A stretch of 64,000 bases of DNA, taken from positions 1-64,000 of the forward strand of contig DASPSR010000028.1 in the NCBI GenBank assembly GCA_035623825.1. The letters are read 5' to 3'. This DNA is from Nitrospirota bacterium (lineage in GTDB: Bacteria; Nitrospirota; UBA9217). Positions within the stretch are counted from its first letter, which is position 1. Every line of letters begins with the position of its first letter. This document shows positions 22,087-32,713 of this stretch, one piece after another. The position numbers and the translations under genes were made by a program. The notes beneath the pieces were generated by a model. That model had not been told where the DNA came from and searched no databases. It was given only the letters and a program-made list of their open reading frames with translations.

Positions 22087-22624
22087 GCTGCTGATCGAGA
22101 TCGGCGAAGACCCGGAGCGGGAGGGTCTCGCCGACACGCCGAAAAGGATCGCCTCGGCTCTCACGTTCCTCACGTCGGGATACCGCACCGATGTCCAGAA
22201 ACTGATCAATGAAGCATGCTTTGCCCAGGAAACGACGAGCATGGTCATTGTGCGGGACATCGAGGTCTACAGCCTCTGTGAGCACCACATGCTGCCCTTC
22301 TTCGGCCGCTGCCACATAGGCTACATCCCGAGGGGCAGGGTCTTCGGCATCAGCAAGCTGGCGCGGCTCGTCGATCTGTACGCCAGGAGACTCCAGATCC
22401 AGGAGCGGCTGACAGAGCAGATCGCCTACGCCATAAAGGAGTCAATCAACGCCGATGGCGTCGGTGTCATGATCGAGGCACGCCACCTCTGTATGATGAT
22501 GCGGGGCGTTGAAAAGCAAAATTCCATGTTCGTTACCTCGTCGGTGCTCGGCGTTTTCCGCGAGAATCCTGCGACCAGGCAGGAGTTCATGTCCATCATC
22601 ACGAGGCCGCGGCCGGGCCTGTAA
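22046..22624 (+). CDS. folE: GTP cyclohydrolase I
   Basis: [40 protein letters not shown]. Confidence 0.96.
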   Translation: MALNTERIQNLVRELLIEIGEDPEREGLADTPKRIASALTFLTSGYRTDVQKLINEACFAQETTSMVIVRDIEVYSLCEHHMLPFFGRCHIGYIPRGRVFGISKLARLVDLYARRLQIQERLTEQIAYAIKESINADGVGVMIEARHLCMMMRGVEKQNSMFVTSSVLGVFRENPATRQEFMSIITRPRPGL

Positions 22625-22789
22625 CGACTTTTCTGCAGGGGCTGTTGATTCCCTGTGCGGTAAACTGTTTTTTCCATGAGCCACGGCGACACTGCAGGGC
22701 AGCAAATCGTCATGGCGTACGCTGCCGCTGCAAGCAGGAGTTCATGAGGCGCCATCATCTCTGCCGCGGATGATCAGGACCTCCCCTCT

Positions 22790-23308
22790 ATGCCGGTCAT
22801 ATATACCATCGGTCACTCAACCCGTCCCTTGGAGGAATTCCTAGAAACTCTCAAAGCGCATGCCATAGAGCTCGTTGCCGATGTGCGCACCATTCCCAGG
22901 TCGCGGCATAACCCTCAATACAACGGCGATACGCTGGCGGCAGCGCTGCGGGAACACGGGATTTCCTATGAACACCTGAAGAACCTCGGAGGCCTCCGCC
23001 ATGCGAGGAAAGACTCGGTTAACACGGCCTGGGAGAACGCTTCGTTCCGGGGTTTTGCAGACTATATGCAGACTGCGGATTTTGAGAAGGGGCTGAATGA
23101 TCTTATCGATATCGCACAGAGGGGAAGGACTGTCATCATGTGCGCCGAAGCCCTCCCCTGGCGGTGCCACCGATCGCTGATTAGCGACGCGCTGTTGGCG
23201 CGTGGGATCACGGTCATGGACATCATGAGCGCGAGCTCTGCCAAAGCTCATGCGCTCACTTCCTGGGCAAAGGTTACAGGCGCCAGTATCTCCTATCCAA
23301 AGGGGTGA
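22790..23308 (+). CDS. DUF488 domain protein
   Basis: YTIGHS, DVR..P.SR, LGG.R, MCAE..PWRCHR. Confidence 0.9.
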   Translation: MPVIYTIGHSTRPLEEFLETLKAHAIELVADVRTIPRSRHNPQYNGDTLAAALREHGISYEHLKNLGGLRHARKDSVNTAWENASFRGFADYMQTADFEKGLNDLIDIAQRGRTVIMCAEALPWRCHRSLISDALLARGITVMDIMSASSAKAHALTSWAKVTGASISYPKG

Positions 23309-23364
23309 CATCCTCCACCGATTTAGTACGGGAAGGATATCACAAGACGATCCTCATGGAGGCA

Positions 23365-23832
23365 TCATTTCTTTCGCCCCTTTTTGGCCAAGAAATCCTT
23401 CTCCATGACCCGTCTTACTGATTCCCTGATCTCGGCATCGGTTATCTCTCGGAGAGCATTTTCTATCTTTTCTCGCTCATCCCTGGTGAGTTCAGAAGGA
23501 ACAGGACGCTCCCCTGTCTCCTTCCCGCGTGGCGTCACCTCGCCGAGCTTCAGCGTTATGTCCCGGATGGCGTTATGCCCCAGACTCCTGTTTACTCTTT
23601 CGATGATATCGGGCTTGAGGAGAGAGAGCTGTTGCATCCACGCGGGACTATCCACGATCAGGGCCATCTTTTTGCCCCGCAGGGAATACGGTTGAGCGTG
23701 TCGCGCGATGGTGGCTCCAACGGCTCTGTCCCACTGCCCGTGGATCCGGTATTCCCTAAGGCGGCCCTCCATCCCCCGTGCCCGCAGCATTTTGACGAGC
23801 GTATCGGAAAGCTTATCGAGCTTGCTACGCAT
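23365..23832 (-). CDS. DUF721/DciA family protein
   Basis: W..AVG..IA.HA.P, V.SPAW.QQL motif. Confidence 0.82.
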   Translation of the reverse strand: MRSKLDKLSDTLVKMLRARGMEGRLREYRIHGQWDRAVGATIARHAQPYSLRGKKMALIVDSPAWMQQLSLLKPDIIERVNRSLGHNAIRDITLKLGEVTPRGKETGERPVPSELTRDEREKIENALREITDAEIRESVRRVMEKDFLAKKGRKK

Positions 23833-23840
23833 GGTGGACC

Positions 23841-23891
23841 ATCATAGCACACCAAGAGTTCTTTGACAACGGGCGGTAACATGGCTATAAT
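23841..23891. promoter_or_regulatory. overlapping divergent sigma70 promoters (DUF721 / galT)
   Basis: Plus strand TTGACA(23863)-17-TATAAT, perfect consensus; minus strand TTGTCA(23869)-17-TATGAT; the -35 hexamers overlap. Confidence 0.75.
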
Positions 23892-23944
23892 AAAATGGAT
23901 TTATTTCATTGAACCGGTTGCGGAAAGGAATCAGAGGAGCACAT

Positions 23945-24940
23945 ATGCCAGAATTACGAAAAGACCCCATCACCGGCCGCTGGGTAATCATCTCATCGGA
24001 ACGGGGCAAACGGCCCACGGACTTTCATGATGAGCGCAGCAAAAAAAGGGGCGGCTTTTGTCCGTTCTGCGCAGGCAACGAACGTACGACGCCGAACGAA
24101 ACGCTCGCCTACCGGGATAACGGACAGCCCAACGGGCCTGGCTGGAGGCTGCGTGCGGTGCCGAACAAGTTTCCAGCTCTCCAGATAGAAGGAGGCCTAG
24201 ACAAGCAGGGCGAGGGAATTTTCGACAAAATGAACGGGATCGGCGCCCACGAAGTGATCATTGAAAGTCCCGACCACAACGCCACGCTGGCCTCCCTCCC
24301 GCAGAAGGCCATGGAAGAAGTGTTCTGGGCGTACCGCGACCGCATGGAAGACCTGAAAAAGGACACCCGCTTTCAATATACCATAATCTTCAAGAACGAA
24401 GGTCTTTCTGCCGGAGCAACGCTCGAGCACACGCATTCGCAGCTCATCGCCCTCCCGATCGTGCCTATCCAGGTGCAGGAGGAGATCGAAGGCTGCAAGC
24501 GTCACTTTAATTTGAAGGAACGCTGCATATTCTGCGACATTATCCGGCAGGAGATACAATCCGGGTCGCGAATCGTCAGCGAGACGCCGCTCTTCATCGC
24601 GCTCGCCCCGTTCGCACCTCGCTTCCCGTTCGAAACCTGGATACTCCCCAAAAAACACATCTCCTGCTACCCCTGCTCCTCGAAAGAGGACTACCGGGAC
24701 CTCGCAGGCCTCATGCAGACCATCCTGAGGAGGATCGATCGGGCGCTGTCGAGCCCACCCTATAGTTACGTGATCCACACTTCTCCATTCAAGGACGAGC
24801 GCAACGAGTACTATCACTGGCACATAGAGTTCATGCCCAAGCTTACCAACGTCGCGGGCTTCGAATGGGGATCAGGGTTCTACATAAACCCCACCCCGCC
24901 GGAGGAAGCAGCGAAGTTCCTGCGGGAAATAAGATTATGA
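23945..24940 (+). CDS. galT: GalT-family nucleotidyltransferase (glycogen-cluster type)
   Basis: ELRKDP, R.KRP, CPFC.GNE, NKFPAL, G.HEVIIE, HTHSQ, HWHIE. Confidence 0.88.
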   Translation: MPELRKDPITGRWVIISSERGKRPTDFHDERSKKRGGFCPFCAGNERTTPNETLAYRDNGQPNGPGWRLRAVPNKFPALQIEGGLDKQGEGIFDKMNGIGAHEVIIESPDHNATLASLPQKAMEEVFWAYRDRMEDLKKDTRFQYTIIFKNEGLSAGATLEHTHSQLIALPIVPIQVQEEIEGCKRHFNLKERCIFCDIIRQEIQSGSRIVSETPLFIALAPFAPRFPFETWILPKKHISCYPCSSKEDYRDLAGLMQTILRRIDRALSSPPYSYVIHTSPFKDERNEYYHWHIEFMPKLTNVAGFEWGSGFYINPTPPEEAAKFLREIRL

Positions 24941-26382
24941 GGATCCTGTTCGCGGCATCTGAGGCGGCCCCCTTTGCGAAGACCGGTGGACTCGCAGACG
25001 TTGCCGGGAGCCTCCCTCCCGCCCTCGCCGCTCTCGGGCATGATGTACGCGTGGTCATGCCGCGCTATCAGGGCGTGGACGCGGTGAAGTTCAATCTGAA
25101 ACATATTGCGACGTTTTACGTGCCGTTCGCGTCATGGAAAGAGCGATGCGATGCACTGGTCGGGAAAATGGGGAGACATGTCACGGTCTATTTCATCAGT
25201 AAGGACATCTACTTCGACCGCCCGGAGCTCTACCGTACGGCACGCGCCGACTACCAGGACAACGCGGAGCGCTTCACCTTCTTTTCGAGAGCCGTCGTGG
25301 AGCTTTGCCTCGCGCTGGGCTTCAGCCCCGAAATCGTCCACTGCAATGACTGGCAGACGGGCCTCGTGCCGCTCTACCTCAGGATGCTTCCCCTTGGGGG
25401 TACGCCCCTCGCCCGCTCCAGGAGCGTATTCACGGTTCACAACCTCGGGTACCAGGGCGTCTTCTGGCACTGGGACATGCGCTTTATAGGCCTCGGATGG
25501 GATGCGTTCACGCCCGAGGGATTGGAGTTCTGGGGCAAGATAAATTTTCTCAAGGCCGGACTCGTGTATGCAGACATTATTACTACCGTGAGCAAAACGT
25601 ACAGCCGCGAGATCCAGACCCCTGACTACGGAAATGGTCTAGATGGTGTGCTCGCAAAACGGGCCAAGGACCTCTACGGCATCGTAAACGGAATCGATTA
25701 TGCCGAGTGGGACCCCGAACGGGACATCGGCATCGCGCAGAAGTTCAGCGCCGCCAGTCTCGCGGGCAAGGCTGACTGCAAAGAGGACATCCTGAAACTC
25801 ACGGGCCTTTCCCCGTCCGATGCCCCCCTGATCGGCATGGTTACGCGCCTCGTTGAGCAGAAAGGACTGGACATCCTGGCCGCGGCCATTCCGGAGATTA
25901 TGTCGATGGGCATGCGCTTGATCATCCTCGGCACCGGCGAAGAGAAGTATCATACCATTTTGGCAGACGCCGCACGGAGCTATCCAGACCAGATGCGCGT
26001 CCTCCTGCGGTACGACAACACCCTCGCGAAAGCTATTTATGCCGGCTGTGATATGTTTCTGATGCCGTCTCGCTATGAACCGTGCGGCCTGGGACAGATG
26101 ATCGCGCTCCGGTACGGAACGGTGCCGGTCGTCCGGAAGACGGGAGGGCTCACCGACACGGTCATGGACTATCACACGAAAACGGGCCGCGGCACGGGCT
26201 TCGTCTTCGATGATTATTCGGCCGAGGCGCTCTCCGGCTGTCTTCGCCGTGCGTTTGAGATCTATCGTCGTCCCCGGAAATGGAAACGCTTGATCCAAGC
26301 CTGCATGAGGCAGGATTTTTCCTGGGAGCGCTCGGCGAAGGAATACATCAATATCTACCGGCAGGTGCTGAAAAAAAAGTGA
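24937..26382 (+). CDS. glgA: glycogen synthase
   Basis: KTGGLADV, HCNDWQTG, MPSRYEPCGL.Q, TGGL.DTV, FSW..SA. Confidence 0.96.
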   Translation: MRILFAASEAAPFAKTGGLADVAGSLPPALAALGHDVRVVMPRYQGVDAVKFNLKHIATFYVPFASWKERCDALVGKMGRHVTVYFISKDIYFDRPELYRTARADYQDNAERFTFFSRAVVELCLALGFSPEIVHCNDWQTGLVPLYLRMLPLGGTPLARSRSVFTVHNLGYQGVFWHWDMRFIGLGWDAFTPEGLEFWGKINFLKAGLVYADIITTVSKTYSREIQTPDYGNGLDGVLAKRAKDLYGIVNGIDYAEWDPERDIGIAQKFSAASLAGKADCKEDILKLTGLSPSDAPLIGMVTRLVEQKGLDILAAAIPEIMSMGMRLIILGTGEEKYHTILADAARSYPDQMRVLLRYDNTLAKAIYAGCDMFLMPSRYEPCGLGQMIALRYGTVPVVRKTGGLTDTVMDYHTKTGRGTGFVFDDYSAEALSGCLRRAFEIYRRPRKWKRLIQACMRQDFSWERSAKEYINIYRQVLKKK

Positions 26383-26505
26383 CCCTGCGGACACAGGTTT
26401 GCGTCGAGGAGGCTCGAGCTCAGCCTCGATTTCTGTTTTTGACCATATCAGGACGAATAACATTTTTGATCACCGTGTCCCCTTGAAGCTATAATATATA
26501 TCATT

Positions 26506-28896
26506 ATGGAAACGACTGAAAAAACAGAATTGAGCATTCTGAGTGAGATCGGCCGGATATCGAACTCCTACCTTCCCCTTTCGGAAAAGCTCCGGAGGAT
26601 CGTTGAGGTCGTGGCACGGGGTATGGAAAAGGACGGCGCATCCGTGTTTCTCATCGACCGCTCAGGAAAGAATGTCACGCTCAGTGCCGCGATCGGCCTG
26701 AATCAGGAATCCGTAGGCAAGCTGAGTTTTCCGCTCGGCATGGGCATCGCCGGCTGGGTCGCTGAACAGAAGGTTCCGCTCGCCCTCGAAGACCCTTACG
26801 CGGACCCGCGGTTCCAGTATATCCCGGAATCGGGGATTGGTCATTTTAAATCGCTCGTCGCCGCTCCGATCATGGACCAGGATGCCTGTCTCGGCGTAAT
26901 CTTTGTGCTTTCATCATCGTCCTGGCAAGCGACATCATCCGAGATCACGCTCTTGACCACCACGGCAAACCAGATCAGCGGCGTCATAAAAAGCGCTCTG
27001 CTTTTCCAGAACATCCAAGATCGTCTCGCGGAACTTGACAACATCTACAAAATCGGCATGGTTCTCACATCCACCCTTGACATCGAGCAGCTCCTCTCGC
27101 TCATCGCCAGGAACAGCACACAGTCCCTTAGGGCGCAGGGCTGCACCATCAGGCTCATGAACCTGCCCGAGATAGAGCAGGGCAAGACATTCGCGCTTCA
27201 TGACCCTGTCGGCGCCGACATCAAGGCCATGGATGCGACGCTGGGGGGTATTATCGCCGACAAGGTCGTGCAGGAAAGACGATCGCTCCTCATCCAGGAT
27301 ATCACGAAGGAACCGGCATTCCGGAATATTCCCGGGATCGCCGCAGGGTCAATTGTCAGCGTCCCGCTCATCTTCCAGGATAAGGTTATCGGCGTCATCA
27401 CGCTCTATAATAAACAGGAGGGGCAGCGGTTTAACGAGGACGACCTGCAGTTTTTGACGCTCGTGGCAAGCGGCGCCGCAGTTGCGGTCGAGAACGCCGC
27501 CATGTACGAGCGCATGGAGGATCTTGCAACGGAGGCGAGGAATAGAGCGCAGGAGCTCTCGATCCTCTACGATATCGGCACCGCAATGAGCTCGACCCTG
27601 AACCTCGATCGCCTGCTCAGGATCATCCTTACGGCAGCGACCATGGGCGGCAGCGGCCTCGGCTTCAACAGGGCAATCCTCCTGCTGACGAACGAGCGCA
27701 CGCACACACTCCATGGCATGATGGGCGTCGGCCCGACGAACTGGGAAGAGGCTGGCCATGCCTGGAGCGAGGTCTCTAGCAAGCACCGCAGCCTCATCGA
27801 GTGGATCCAGACTGGCGAGCTCTTCGAACACCGGGATTCCCCCCTCAATGCCCTGGCACGAAGCATCCGGGTGCCTCTTGAGCCGAGCGCCGGCGTGCTG
27901 GCACTCACCGTGCTCGAGAAAAAGCCCTACAATATCACCGATGCCGCCTCAAGTCCTGTCGTGCTCCGGGATCTTCGGGAAACGCTCCACGTGAACAGTT
28001 TCGCGACCGTCCCGCTCGTAGCAAAAGACAGGGCAATCGGCGTCATACTCGTGGATAACATGTTCAACCAGCGGCCGATCACCGCCCGCGACATGCGCTT
28101 TCTCACCATGTTCACTCACCAAGCCGCGCTTGCGATAGAGAACGCCGTCATCCACACCAATCTCGAGACCATGAACAAGGATATGCGCACCCTGCATGAG
28201 CAGCTTGTCCAGTCCGAGAAGATGGCCGCACTCGGCGCGATGATGGCTGAGATCACCCATGAGATCCGGAACCCGCTCGTCTCCATCGGCGGGTTCACCA
28301 GGCGGCTCGCGAAAAAGGTGCACAACAACGAAGAAAAAAAGTACATCGACATAATCATGAGCGAGGTCACGCGCCTCGAGGGCATCATCCAGGACAACCT
28401 CCTATACATTAAAGAGGTCGCTCCACAATTATCCGAGTCGGACCTCAATAGCGTGATGCAGGAGATCCTGACGCTCTATGAGGACGAGATCGCCCAGAGG
28501 AACATCCGTCTGGAGAGGAACCTTTCGCCCTCGTTGCCGCACCTTATGAGCGATGTGTCGCAGATCAAACAGGCGATCATAAACATCATCAAGAATGCCG
28601 TAGAGGCCATGGAGAACGGAGGAGTCCTCTCGATCAGGACGTATTTCCTGCCCGAAACGCAGGAAGTCGCGATCGAGATCGGCGATACAGGCCCCGGCAT
28701 CTCGGTCAAGGTCATGCACAATATCTTTAATCCCTACTACACTACCAAGCCGCGAGGCACCGGGCTGGGACTGCCCATAACAAACAGGATCATCAAAGCC
28801 CATAACGGCAAGATAGAGATAGGGAACAAGGAGACCGGCGGGGCGGTTTTCACGATCAAATTGCCCCTGGGGATTCCCTCTGCACATAAAGGCTGA
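26506..28896 (+). CDS. cytoplasmic triple-GAF sensor histidine kinase
   Basis: Three GAF-like repeats, HEIRNPL..IGGF H-box, N-box, DTGPGI, F.P.YTTK..GTGLGL. Confidence 0.92.
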   Translation: METTEKTELSILSEIGRISNSYLPLSEKLRRIVEVVARGMEKDGASVFLIDRSGKNVTLSAAIGLNQESVGKLSFPLGMGIAGWVAEQKVPLALEDPYADPRFQYIPESGIGHFKSLVAAPIMDQDACLGVIFVLSSSSWQATSSEITLLTTTANQISGVIKSALLFQNIQDRLAELDNIYKIGMVLTSTLDIEQLLSLIARNSTQSLRAQGCTIRLMNLPEIEQGKTFALHDPVGADIKAMDATLGGIIADKVVQERRSLLIQDITKEPAFRNIPGIAAGSIVSVPLIFQDKVIGVITLYNKQEGQRFNEDDLQFLTLVASGAAVAVENAAMYERMEDLATEARNRAQELSILYDIGTAMSSTLNLDRLLRIILTAATMGGSGLGFNRAILLLTNERTHTLHGMMGVGPTNWEEAGHAWSEVSSKHRSLIEWIQTGELFEHRDSPLNALARSIRVPLEPSAGVLALTVLEKKPYNITDAASSPVVLRDLRETLHVNSFATVPLVAKDRAIGVILVDNMFNQRPITARDMRFLTMFTHQAALAIENAVIHTNLETMNKDMRTLHEQLVQSEKMAALGAMMAEITHEIRNPLVSIGGFTRRLAKKVHNNEEKKYIDIIMSEVTRLEGIIQDNLLYIKEVAPQLSESDLNSVMQEILTLYEDEIAQRNIRLERNLSPSLPHLMSDVSQIKQAIINIIKNAVEAMENGGVLSIRTYFLPETQEVAIEIGDTGPGISVKVMHNIFNPYYTTKPRGTGLGLPITNRIIKAHNGKIEIGNKETGGAVFTIKLPLGIPSAHKG

Positions 28897-28944
28897 GATC
28901 GAGCCTTGCATTTGGATTTGGACCGAGATCTAAGGAGGCTGATA

Positions 28945-29295
28945 ATGAAGAAGATCCTGGTTGTGGATGACGAAGAAAACATCAGGCAGCTCTACAAGGA
29001 GGAGTTCGAGGACATGGGATATCAGGTGACGACGGTGGCCGACGGCAGCGAGGCCCTTGCAGTGCTCGACCGGGGAAAGTTCGACCTGGTCACCCTGGAT
29101 ATGCGCATGCCTGACATGGACGGGATCGAGACCCTCCGCAAGATGAAGGAAAAGGACAGTACGCTGCCTGTCATCATCTGTACAGCCTATGAAGAATACA
29201 AGCACGATTTCGGGAGCTGGTGTTCCGATGCGTACGTGGTGAAAGCGGCCGACACCTCATTGCTCCGTGACACCGTCAAGAAGATTCTCGGATGA
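28945..29295 (+). CDS. single-domain response regulator
   Basis: ILVVDDE, TLDMRMP, ICTAY, YVVK; AAGGAGG RBS. Confidence 0.92.
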   Translation: MKKILVVDDEENIRQLYKEEFEDMGYQVTTVADGSEALAVLDRGKFDLVTLDMRMPDMDGIETLRKMKEKDSTLPVIICTAYEEYKHDFGSWCSDAYVVKAADTSLLRDTVKKILG

Positions 29296-30581
29296 ACCAA
29301 CAGGCAGAGCTCGTGATCGAAAAACTCGTTCACGGAGGCAGCGGCCTGGGGAGACTCGACTCAGGCCATGCGGTCTTTGTGCCGGGCGTGCTTCCTGGTG
29401 AACGTGTCACAGTCGCTCTTAGAAAAAAGAAAAAGGGATTTTTAGAGGCCGACCTCGTTCAGATTATTACACCATCCAGGGATCGCATCAAACCTCCCTG
29501 TGAGGGCGAAAAACAGTGCACAGGGGCAACATGGTCCTATATCGCCTACCAGGCCCAGCTCAGATTCAAACAGGAAATTCTTCTCGACAGCCTCAAAAGA
29601 ATCGGCGGCATCGAACCGAAACGCCTTCTCGCTACCGTGCCGGCACCCCGCACGGATCACTACCGGTTGCGCACACAATTCAACGTACGTTCTCTGGATG
29701 GAATGCAGAAGATAGGATTCTTCCGTCAGGGTTCGTACGACCTCATCGAAGTCGAGAATGCCTTCCTCATCCACCCGCTGATCGACAAGGTGCTTAAGGC
29801 CATTCGGAGCATAGCGCATGGCCTGCCCCAGCTCGCTGAAATACACATCAACGCAACGCCTGCTGGAGAGGTCCATGTCCTGTTCTTCAACAAACTGCAA
29901 TCCTATCCTCCGCTCGAACCGATCTTGAACGAACTCCGGGAAAAAGCGCCCGAGGTGATCGGGATCACGGGTTTCGCGGGGAAAAAGAAGGTGGCGGCGC
30001 ACGGTAAAAACTATCTTACGCTGGATATCGAGGGGCTGACGCTCCTCGCAACAGAGGGGAATTTCTATCAGGTGAACTGGGACCAGAACAGGAACATGGT
30101 TCGCACCGTCATCGATTTCGCCGGTCTGACAGGGAATGAGACCGTGCTCGACCTTTACTGCGGAATCGGAAACTTCGCTCTGCCGCTCGCCAAAAAGGCG
30201 AAGAGCGTCATCGGCATCGAGTCCGGTTATTCCGCGATCGAAGATGCGACAAGGAATGCGGAACTGAACGGTATAAGCAATGCGGAATTCATAGCCGACG
30301 ACATGCAGAAAGGATTAAAAACGCTGCTCCAGAGGAAAGTGCGGGCTGATATCATCGTCCTCGATCCCCCCAGGGCCGGAGCCACGCTCAAGACCTTGGA
30401 GCGCGTGCTCGCCTTTCTCCCGCGGAAGATCGTCTACGTTTCCTGCAACCCTGCCACACTGGCGCGAGACCTCAAATTTTTCCACCTCTTTGGCTTCCGT
30501 CTCGAACAGCTCCAGCCCGTCGACATGTTCCCGTACACATATCACATCGAGTGCGTGGCGGAGATGGTGGGGACGGAATAA
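29292..30581 (+). CDS. rlmD: 23S rRNA m5U1939 methyltransferase (RlmD/TrmA family)
   Basis: TRAM domain, FYQVN, DLYCGIGNF, LDPPRAG, YVSCNPATLARD, DMFP.T.HIE. Confidence 0.9.
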   Translation: MNQQAELVIEKLVHGGSGLGRLDSGHAVFVPGVLPGERVTVALRKKKKGFLEADLVQIITPSRDRIKPPCEGEKQCTGATWSYIAYQAQLRFKQEILLDSLKRIGGIEPKRLLATVPAPRTDHYRLRTQFNVRSLDGMQKIGFFRQGSYDLIEVENAFLIHPLIDKVLKAIRSIAHGLPQLAEIHINATPAGEVHVLFFNKLQSYPPLEPILNELREKAPEVIGITGFAGKKKVAAHGKNYLTLDIEGLTLLATEGNFYQVNWDQNRNMVRTVIDFAGLTGNETVLDLYCGIGNFALPLAKKAKSVIGIESGYSAIEDATRNAELNGISNAEFIADDMQKGLKTLLQRKVRADIIVLDPPRAGATLKTLERVLAFLPRKIVYVSCNPATLARDLKFFHLFGFRLEQLQPVDMFPYTYHIECVAEMVGTE

Positions 30582-30590
30582 CGCAAGGGC

Positions 30591-31619
30591 TCATCCCATT
30601 CTCAGCACCTTTGCCCCTCGGATCTTCCTCTCTTTCAGTTCGAGGAGCGCCCTGTTGGCCTCTTCGAGCCCGTACTCCTGGATCTCAGGCCGGATCGGGA
30701 TCTCTGCCGCCATCTGCAGAAACTCTTTGATATCCTGTCGCGTGATGTTCGCCACGCTCTTGATCTCTTTCTCCTTCCAGAGGTCCCGTGGATAATCAAG
30801 TCTGAGCAGAGAGTCCTTGTCGCCGTCCTCCTTCCTGATCGCATTGATCACGAGCCGCCCGCCTTTTTCGAGGTTTCTCAAGGCCTCGATAAACGGCCGC
30901 CATGCCGGAGTGGTGTCGATCACGGCGTACAGCTTCTCGGGGGATTCCTCTTCCATGCCGCCTGCCCAGGCAGCCCCGAGCTCTCGGGCGAACTCCTGCT
31001 CGCGCTCTGTACGGGAGAAGACGAAGACCTTCGATTTCGGGTATTTGTGTTGCACCATCCTGAGCACCAGGTGGGCAGAAGCGCCGAAGCCGATGAGCCC
31101 GATGTTTTCGCCGTCCTCTATGTTGGTGAGACGCAGAGAACGGAAACCAATGGCTCCGGCGCATAAAAGCGGCGCTGCTTCAGCATCGGAAAAGCCTTCG
31201 GGAATCGGATAGGCAAAGGCATCAGAGACCGTCGTATATTCCGCATATCCTCCGTTGACGTCCCTCCCCGTAGCCTTAAAATCGTCGCAAAGGTTCTCCA
31301 TCCCGTTTTTGCAACTTTTACAATGTCCGCAGGCCGAATGGATCCAGGCAATGCCAACCCTGTCTCCGGGCTTGAACCTGCCTGCTCTGCCCCCGGCCTT
31401 TTCCACGAAGCCAATTACCTGGTGCCCGGGTACAATCGGAAACTTAGAGGGCGGCGTCCTTCCTTCGATCTCATCGAGCTCGGTATGGCAGACGCCGCAG
31501 GCCGATACCTTCACCAGGATCTCATGCTCTTGTGGAACCGGCGTCGGCAGATCAGCCACTTCAAGAGGCAGTCTGTTTTCAGGCAGGCTGGTAATGCCCT
31601 TCAACACCATTGCCTTCAT
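30591..31619 (-). CDS. zinc-dependent alcohol dehydrogenase family protein
   Basis: CGVCHT, PGHQ, CGHCKSC..G.ENLC, PLLCAG, GFGASA. Confidence 0.9.
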   Translation of the reverse strand: MKAMVLKGITSLPENRLPLEVADLPTPVPQEHEILVKVSACGVCHTELDEIEGRTPPSKFPIVPGHQVIGFVEKAGGRAGRFKPGDRVGIAWIHSACGHCKSCKNGMENLCDDFKATGRDVNGGYAEYTTVSDAFAYPIPEGFSDAEAAPLLCAGAIGFRSLRLTNIEDGENIGLIGFGASAHLVLRMVQHKYPKSKVFVFSRTEREQEFARELGAAWAGGMEEESPEKLYAVIDTTPAWRPFIEALRNLEKGGRLVINAIRKEDGDKDSLLRLDYPRDLWKEKEIKSVANITRQDIKEFLQMAAEIPIRPEIQEYGLEEANRALLELKERKIRGAKVLRMG

Positions 31620-31906
31620 TCGATTCACCACGAACAAAACGCGGATGGCAGCAAGGAAATATCTTTGGCTTAATTATAGCAGACACTGATCGAGGGGAAC
31701 AGATAACGAGGAGGTCACTTGGGTCAAAAATTACACCAACAACAATCAACGTATGCAATTTTGGAAGTTAAGATTGTTGTCGCGGAGCCGATGATAAATA
31801 AACGATCAGGAGATTTACTAGAATAAAGCACGGAAAGAGGAAGAGTGTTTTTTCAGAAAGCTGAAGATGCCTGATGCTAGATGCGGACGCAGCTGCCCGC
31901 AAGTGG

Positions 31907-32713
31907 CTATTTGACCAGATCTCCATACTCGTCCGGCCTTCTATGCTTGAGAAATCCCCAGGTCTCGGACGCTGCTTCACGCTCGTTACGGTCAATATCC
32001 GCCAGCACGACAGCCTCCTTGCCGCCGGCAAGCTCCGATACCATCTCGCCCCAGGGACCAACGCAGAAACTCCTGCCATAGAACGTTATGCCTTCCTCTT
32101 GACCCACGCGGTTCACCCGGAAAATGAAGATGTTGTTGGCGAAGGCATTGGCGGAGATGGCGCATTCCCAAAGGCTGTGTGTGTTGAGCGCTGCAGCGGT
32201 GGGCGCGAACACGATCTCGGCACCTCTGAGCGCCAGCACGCGCGCACCTTCAGGGAACAGGTTGTCCCAGCAGATTTGTACGCCGATCTTCCCCTGTGAC
32301 GTTTCAAACACGGGAAGACCCGCGTCACCGGGCGAAAAATAGAACCGCTCGCGGTAGAGCTGCAGGTCAGGCAGATGGATCTTACGGTACGTGCCGATGA
32401 GCCTGCCTGAATCGATAACAGCGGCGCTATTGAAGTATTTTCCGCTCGAGAATTCGAAAAAGGGAACGATGAGAACTGTCTTGGTGGTGCTTGAGACATC
32501 GCAGAAGCGCTTGATGATTTCGGAGGTGCTATCCTGCGCAAGAGAGAAAAGGCCCTCATCCTCCTGCAGGGGGAACCAGGTGGTGAGGAACAGCTCGGGG
32601 AAACCGATGATCTTGGCGCCCTTCCCTGCAGCAACCTCGGACATCTCGAGGGCGCGCTGGATGTTCCGCTCGATCTCCGGGCCAGCGCTTATCTGTATGC
32701 CGGCGATTCTCAT
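31907..32713 (-). CDS. carbon-nitrogen hydrolase (nitrilase superfamily)
   Basis: FPELF, YRKIHLP, ICWD..FPE catalytic triad, NRVG.E. Confidence 0.9.
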   Translation of the reverse strand: MRIAGIQISAGPEIERNIQRALEMSEVAAGKGAKIIGFPELFLTTWFPLQEDEGLFSLAQDSTSEIIKRFCDVSSTTKTVLIVPFFEFSSGKYFNSAAVIDSGRLIGTYRKIHLPDLQLYRERFYFSPGDAGLPVFETSQGKIGVQICWDNLFPEGARVLALRGAEIVFAPTAAALNTHSLWECAISANAFANNIFIFRVNRVGQEEGITFYGRSFCVGPWGEMVSELAGGKEAVVLADIDRNEREAASETWGFLKHRRPDEYGDLVK

